Source: Anthoceros angustus | Taxonomy: Eukaryota; Plantae; Anthocerotophyta | DNA length: 64,000 nucleotides | Assembly: GCA_010909165.1 (NCBI GenBank) | Contig: VJWM01000011.1 | Span: 310,001 to 374,000 of the forward strand | Reading direction: 5' to 3' | Shown: positions 58,136 through 64,000 of the stretch, piece after piece | Position numbering within the stretch: the stretch's first letter is position 1 | Layout: the number at the start of each line of letters is the position of its first letter | The notes under the pieces: model-generated | Database searches by the model: none | Told to the model about the DNA's origin: nothing | What the model saw: only the letters and a program-made list of their open reading frames with translations | Translations under genes and position numbers: made by a program

Positions 58136-59558
58136 GCTCGGTGCTCGTTATATCTCAAGTATACGCTCAGCCCTGCAAATTGCATGAAATAGCAGATGCA
58201 AAGAACTTGGACCGTTTCATAGTTGGCTGATTAGGTGACTGGAGGGAGAGGCTCGCTTATAGCAATTAAACAGCGGATTTCATAGCAATTAAACATAACA
58301 ATTAAACAAGCTGACACGATTGGATTGGATTTTCAATGAGCTAACACGATTGGATTGAACTCCAGCCTTTATCTCAGAGGGCTTGAGTTTTGGGCGCCCC
58401 TTTGTCAAAGAGTTTGGATTTTTTTGAAATAAAATTTGAACATTATCTAAAATATTTATAAGTTTAACAATAAATTATTGTAATTTTTTAATTTGACATC
58501 TATAATTAGAACCACTGAAAACACGTTACCTTCATGGCACAAAGAAGCAAGTACTTTCAAGTCCTATGGTAGGAAATTCCGCCCAATTGGACTAGAATAC
58601 ATTTCTTCCCCTTCATTGTTCCAGTCTAGAAGCTCAAGATGTAGCGTTGGCTAAGGAGGTCGCGGGATCCATCCCGGTGACCTATTTGTGCTCTTGAGCG
58701 CGAAGAGATTTACCCTAGTGGTTACAGGACTAATCACGCTAATTTTTTCGTGCCCCCGAATGGAGAGAGGTTTTCGAGCTATTGCCCTATTCGCGCCCCC
58801 AAATGCAAAGAGGTTTTCAAGCGCATAGATGTTTCCCCGCGTTCGAAATGCGGGTGGTTTTAGTATCCTGGCAGGCTTATTTTTTTAACGTGAAGACTGA
58901 GCTTTATAAGAAGAAAGGTTAGAGCACTAGCTCAGCACCAAAGAGCACAATATGAGGCGGGGTTGGATTGAAAGCTCTTTCCAAAGGTGCTAAAAAACCT
59001 AAGCTGGTGTGCGCGGATCAAGAAACAAAAACAACGAAACCACAAGAACCATTCCTCCCAAAGACGAGGCGGCAAAAAGCCAGGAGGCCTCAAAAGGCAC
59101 GCCTAACGATCAAACCAGCCAGTCTCTCCCTTATTCAAGGCGGATGGAAAACTTCTTGCTCCATGAAGGAACCATCCTTGGACCCTCAAAGAGAGGCAGT
59201 GATAAATCTCCTAAAATTGTCCAAGACAAAGATTCCAAGCCAACATGGTTGTGAGAACATTCAACGCTTATGAGAACTTGCGTCCATCTTTCGTGCACAC
59301 CATCTTCAAGGTTTAACCAACCAACCTTGAAATCTAGGCCAAGCTCGTAGTAGATTGATTTTGGCATACGAGTTTACTTCAACATTGAGCCAACCTTTGG
59401 CAACTTGTAGGCCAACCTACCCTGGACGAGCTCCTTCCACTTTCGAATTATGACACGCTTGCGTCCGTAGTTTTTTGGCAAAGTGTACAATTATTTTTTA
59501 TTTTTGTAAATAATAATAAAATTATAAAATTTGATGAAATAAAAAGGATTTGATTTTC
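57758..59558. repeat. Duplicated block B, copy 1 (copy 2 at ~60360-62115); probably degenerate TE-derived sequence
   Basis: About 1.8 kb collinear from ttaggtt..cttgtagaaggtgggagcagggtttagg to aaaaggatttgattttc, with numerous small indels between the copies. Confidence 0.93.
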
Positions 59559-60011
59559 AGAAAATAGGCCAACAGCGCAGATTGGTTTTGAAATGGCGGA
59601 TCAAATACCTTGGACTGTTTCCTAGCTGACTGGCTACGTGAGGGACCTGAGGTAGTGGCTCCACAGTGCAGATCCATGGAACAGTGATGCTAAGGACTTT
59701 GACATGAGGTAGAGGTTCCACAGTGCAGATCCATGGAACAGTGATCCCAAGAACTTGGACTGTCTTATGGCTGGGTGCTTGGGTACTTGATCATGAGGTG
59801 GACGCTCAACAGCGCAAATTTCATGAAACAGCGGATCCTAAGGACCTCTCCGTACTGACGGTTGGGTCGAACACACGAATTGAACTACGGACATCGATTA
59901 GAGCCACGTAGAAAGCCATTCAGTTCGAGGGAACTGAACTGCACCTAAGTACAATAAAATTGAGCTGATAGTGAAATGAAATATATGTATAATATACATT
60001 TGTTATAGGAT

Positions 60012-60292
60012 GAGAAGTATATCTAAAATTGTATTTTTTAATTAATTTAATTATTTTCTAAAGATGCACAGGTTTTGACACCATGGCCACAAAGGATGTG
60101 CTGCCATGGTATGCCCTGAGGATGTAAAATGTGGTGAACAAGATAGATTGACTGATGGGCATGGATCCAAAACTGATAAGTAATTGGAATAAGACCATCT
60201 CTAGAGACATCCGTAACCCTTGCTCATTCCCAGCGTGCGTGCATGCATAGTGGAGCAGTAAGAAGGTAACCACGCTCGGCTTCACGCCTGCC
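60012..60292. pseudogene. Duplicated block C, copy 1 (copy 2 at 62254-62541): scrambled PPR fragments
   Basis: The plus strand resembles the S motif at ~54105 (KDA.QVFDTMATKDV). The minus strand encodes EEMLRAGVKPSVVTFL...ACTHAG. Confidence 0.75.
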
Positions 60293-62714
60293 AGTCTCTC
60301 CCTTATTCAAGGCGGATGGAAAACTTCTTGCTCCATGTGATGCAGCAGCGCACTTAGTGGCGTTTAGGTTCTTGTAGAAGGTGGGAGCAGGGTTTAGGAA
60401 GGGGCAAGGAACGCAGGGGGTAGCTAGGGGTGAGGCACGTCTGTTGGGGCGAGGAAAGGCCAGGTCTCAAACCAGTGGCTCTTGTTTTCAAGTTGCAAGG
60501 ATTGAACATTTTCAAGCACACACGTTTGGAAAAGAGTGTCCTTTGGTGCTTGGCCTTTCTTGGTTAGGGCGCCAAAGCGGACATTTTCACATATGTTGTG
60601 AGGTGCACCGATGTGAATCAATGGTATATTCTTCAAGATACCACGCGTTGTTTCGCAAAAAATGCCCCATCCTCTGTCCTCTTTGGTATGCCATAGCTCG
60701 TCGTTATATCTCAAGTATCGTCAGCCCTGAAATTGCATGAAAATAGATGCAAAGAACTTGGACCGTTTCATAGTTGGTGATTAGGTGATTGGAGGGAGAG
60801 GCTCGCTTATAGCAATTAAACATAACAATTAAACATAACAATTAAACAAGTCGACACGATTGGATTGGATTTTCAATGAGCTAACACGATTGGATTGAAC
60901 TCATTTTATCTCGGAGGGCTTGAGTTTTGGGGCGCCCCTTTGTCAAAGAGTTTGGATTTTTTTGAAATAAAATTTGAACATTATCTAAAATATTTATAAG
61001 TTTAACAATAAATTATTGTAATTTTTTAATTTGACATCTATAATTAGAACCACTGAAAACACGTTACCTTCATGGCACAAAGAAGCAAGTACTTTCAAGT
61101 CCTATGGTAGGAAATTCCGCCCAATTGGACTAGAATACATTTCTTCCCTTCATTGTTCCAAATCTAGAAGCTCAAGATGTAGCGTTGGAGGTCGCGATCC
61201 ATCCCGGTGACCTATTTGTGCTCTTGAGCAAGAGATTTACCCTAGTGGTTACAGGACTAATCACGCTAATTTTTTCCGCCCGAGAGAGGTTTTCAGCTAT
61301 TGCCCTATTCCCCAAATGCAAAGAGGTTTTCAAGCATAGATGTTTCCGCGTCAAATGCGGGTGGTTTTAGTATCGGGCTTATTTTTTAACGTGAAGACTG
61401 AGCTTTATAAGAAGAAAGGTTAGAGCACTAGCTCAGCACCAAAGAGCACAATATGAGGGGCAGGTTGTGGATTGCGTAAAGAAGCTCTTTCCAAAGGTGC
61501 TAAAAAACCTAAGCTGGTGTGCGCGGATCAAGAAACAAAAACAACGAAACCACAAGAACCATTCCTCCCAAAGACAAGAGACTGTTTGCCGAACGCAACC
61601 AAAAGCCCAGAGAGGCCTCAAAAGGCACGTCTAACGATCCAAACTTAGCCAGGTCTCTCCCCTTATTCAAGACAGGATGGAAAACTTCTTGCTGCTACTC
61701 CATGAAGGAACCATCCTTGGACCCCTCAAAGAGAGGGGCAGCCGTGTGATAAATCTCCCTAAAATTGTCCAAGACAAAGATTCCAAGCCAACATGGTTGT
61801 GAGAACATTCAACGCTTCCGCAAGAACTTGCGTCCATCTTTCGTGCACACCATCTGTCACAAGGTTTAACCAACCAACCTTCGAAATCTAGGCCAAGCTC
61901 GTAGTAGATTGATTTTTGGCATACGAGTTTACTTCAACATTGAGCCAACCTTTGGCAACTTGTAGGCCAACCTACCCTGGACGAGCTCCTTCCACTTTCG
62001 AATTATGACACGCTTGCGTCCGTAGTTTTTTGGCAAAGTGTACAATTATTTTTTATTTTTAATAAATAATAATAAAATTATAAAATTTGATGAAAATAAA
62101 AAGGATTTGATTTTCGCCGAAAAGTGTAGGCCTATAACATTGTTTTCTTGCCCCTTGCAGTCTCGCAATAAAATTTTTGAATTAGATTAAGGTTTGATAA
62201 AAATAATAAATAATAAAAATTATTTTTATTTTGACCTGTGTGTTTTAGAATTTGAGAAGTATATCTAAAATTGTATTTTTTTTAATTAATTTAATTATTT
62301 TCTAAAGATGCACCCCAGGTTTTCGACACCATGGCCACAAAGGATGTGCTGCCATGGTATGCCCTGAGGATGTAAAATGTGGTGAACAAGATAGATTGAC
62401 TGATGGGCATGGATCCAAAACTGATAAGTAATTGGAATAAGACCATCTCTAGAGACATCCCGTAACCCTTGCTCATTCCCAGCGTGCGTGCATGCATAGT
62501 GGAGCAGTAAGAAGGTAACCACGCTCGGCTTCACGCCTGCCCTGAGCATCTCCTCAAACCCTAGCAAGCTTCGCATGTGTAAAAGTGCTCGTTCGCACTA
62601 AGAATGAATCCAGAACGTAACGATCCACTGTTTCATAGCTAGACCCTGCCTCCCCCCTCCCCCTGAGACCGTTTTACGGCTAGACCCGACTAGGAAGTAG
62701 GTTGATTGTCACGG

Positions 62715-62885
62715 GGCTCCTGCTTGTTCAAACATGCTCTGGACATGGCTGAAAAGTTTCAGGTCCCACACGATTTACTTGTACGGTTCTCATATTGTAC
62801 CGATGGGTATTCTTTTCGAGAGTTGCATCGGAAGTCCTGACAGGTAGAAAATGCCATCTATACGTGCCCTCAGCAACATTTCCTT
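62715..62885 (-). pseudogene. TPST exon plus flanking-intron fragment (diverged copy of ~49710-49880)
   Basis: Minus translation QLSKRIPIGTI*EPYK*IVWDLKLFSHVQSMFEQ versus TPST QLREKIPMETISEIHEQNVWDLKLYSHAQSMFEQ; nucleotide similarity extends into the intron. Confidence 0.85.
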
Positions 62886-63014
62886 CGTAGGTGTCCGAGG
62901 AAATACTTTCTCAGTATCTGATGCAGCCTAACACCGTTTGCTTTTATCATGGTCATGATGAATTATTTTATCCCTTTCTATCACACTTGAGCACTGGCTA
63001 CTCCTTCATTCTTC

Positions 63015-64000
63015 TCACGGTCGACCTTTACAACTGCAAGAACCAGTTGCGAATCGATGCACACGGTACCCATCCCTTACAACAATGTCTCTATGTTCAA
63101 GCTTTGACATGATCTCCGTGGAACTGTGGCAGTCACTGCACATGCGTAGATTCTTCGTGACCACTAGAGGTGTCCCACTTGGAGTGTTCAAGAGACCAAA
63201 CGCCAGAGCTAGCTTCTCAGCATGCCCACAAAGGACATCTTCCTTTTCAATCTCACACACTGGCTTCAACACCAACTTTGTGTGAGGTACGTGGCCTCCT
63301 TCCTGCTTCAGAAGTGCATTTGTGCTCTCTACCTTAAGTGCAACATCCTCTCTTCTTTCTCCCACCAAAAATCTATGTACCTGCTTATTCACCTCAATGG
63401 ACGCCACAGCAGGTTTCTTGTTAGCTCCTGCTATCTTTCTCTGTGTTTCAATCCTCTCTACATCAGTCCACCTACCTGCATCTGCATAGGCATAAGCCAT
63501 GAGCACATATCCCGATGCATGCTGAGGCTCCAGTCTAACAGCGCTTTCAAAACACCGAATCGCCCTCTCTAAATCCCCGTGATTTTTGCAGGAATTCAGC
63601 AAAGACCTCAATCCCACAACATTACCTTGGTCTTCACATGTTAATAGCATGTTCTCAGCCTCATCTAAATGGCCTGCACGCCCAAGAAGATCAATCATGC
63701 AATTGTAATGCTCAACAGTAGGTTTGATGCCATGCTGTTTAGCCATGGACCCAAAGAGCTTACGACCCTCGTCCACCAGTTCCTCATGACTGCATGCTAC
63801 TAAAAGGCAGGTAAAAGTAGCACCATCAGGCTGAATACCTGCAACTAACATCTCCTCAAAACAAGCTAGTGCTCTGTGACCTCATCACAAGTACCATACC
63901 CAGATATCAGGGCATTCCATGTCACCACATCCTTTGTGTTCATGCTGTCAAAACCTGGCGTGCATCTTCCAGTTCACCACATTTTGCATACATGTCCACC
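63015..64000 (-). CDS. Second PPR-DYW:KP protein (3' part; continues beyond the window), with two apparent frameshifts
   Basis: P2-L2-S2-E1-E2, then KKPAVASIEV, HAEKLA, RMCSDCH, GSCSCKGRP*. It is a close paralog of the 52.7-kb gene. Single-base deletions lie near 63880 and 63950. Confidence 0.9.

Overview
This is eukaryotic land-plant nuclear DNA with short introns and compact genes, not a prokaryotic window. The presence of DYW:KP-type PPR editing factors implies a lineage with U-to-C organellar RNA editing; with the compact gene structure a hornwort is the best guess (inference). Bases 1-20 kb are mostly a transposon graveyard (Ty1/copia gag-protease remnant, PIF/Harbinger element, Ty3/gypsy pol, minisatellites, many foldback palindromes) around one TauE/SafE gene. 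Bases 20.7-56.1 kb hold a dense run of host genes: ABCB transporter, malonyl-CoA decarboxylase, PLS-E+ PPR, RPS26, P4-ATPase flippase, PDCD2, O-fucosyltransferase, NEET, TPST, and a PPR-DYW:KP protein. Bases 56.6-62.5 kb are a mosaic of duplicated blocks with many small indels, possibly partly long-read error. They are followed by a TPST pseudo-exon and a second, convergent PPR-DYW:KP gene that runs off the window edge. The main candidate for novelty is the 52.7-56.1 kb protein, which carries two tandem PDF-like motifs (the ssDNA-binding module of plant organellar OSB proteins) fused to a PLS-PPR array and a U-to-C-type DYW:KP domain. Spliced-gene coordinates are start-to-stop spans read by eye; not all internal exon boundaries were resolved.
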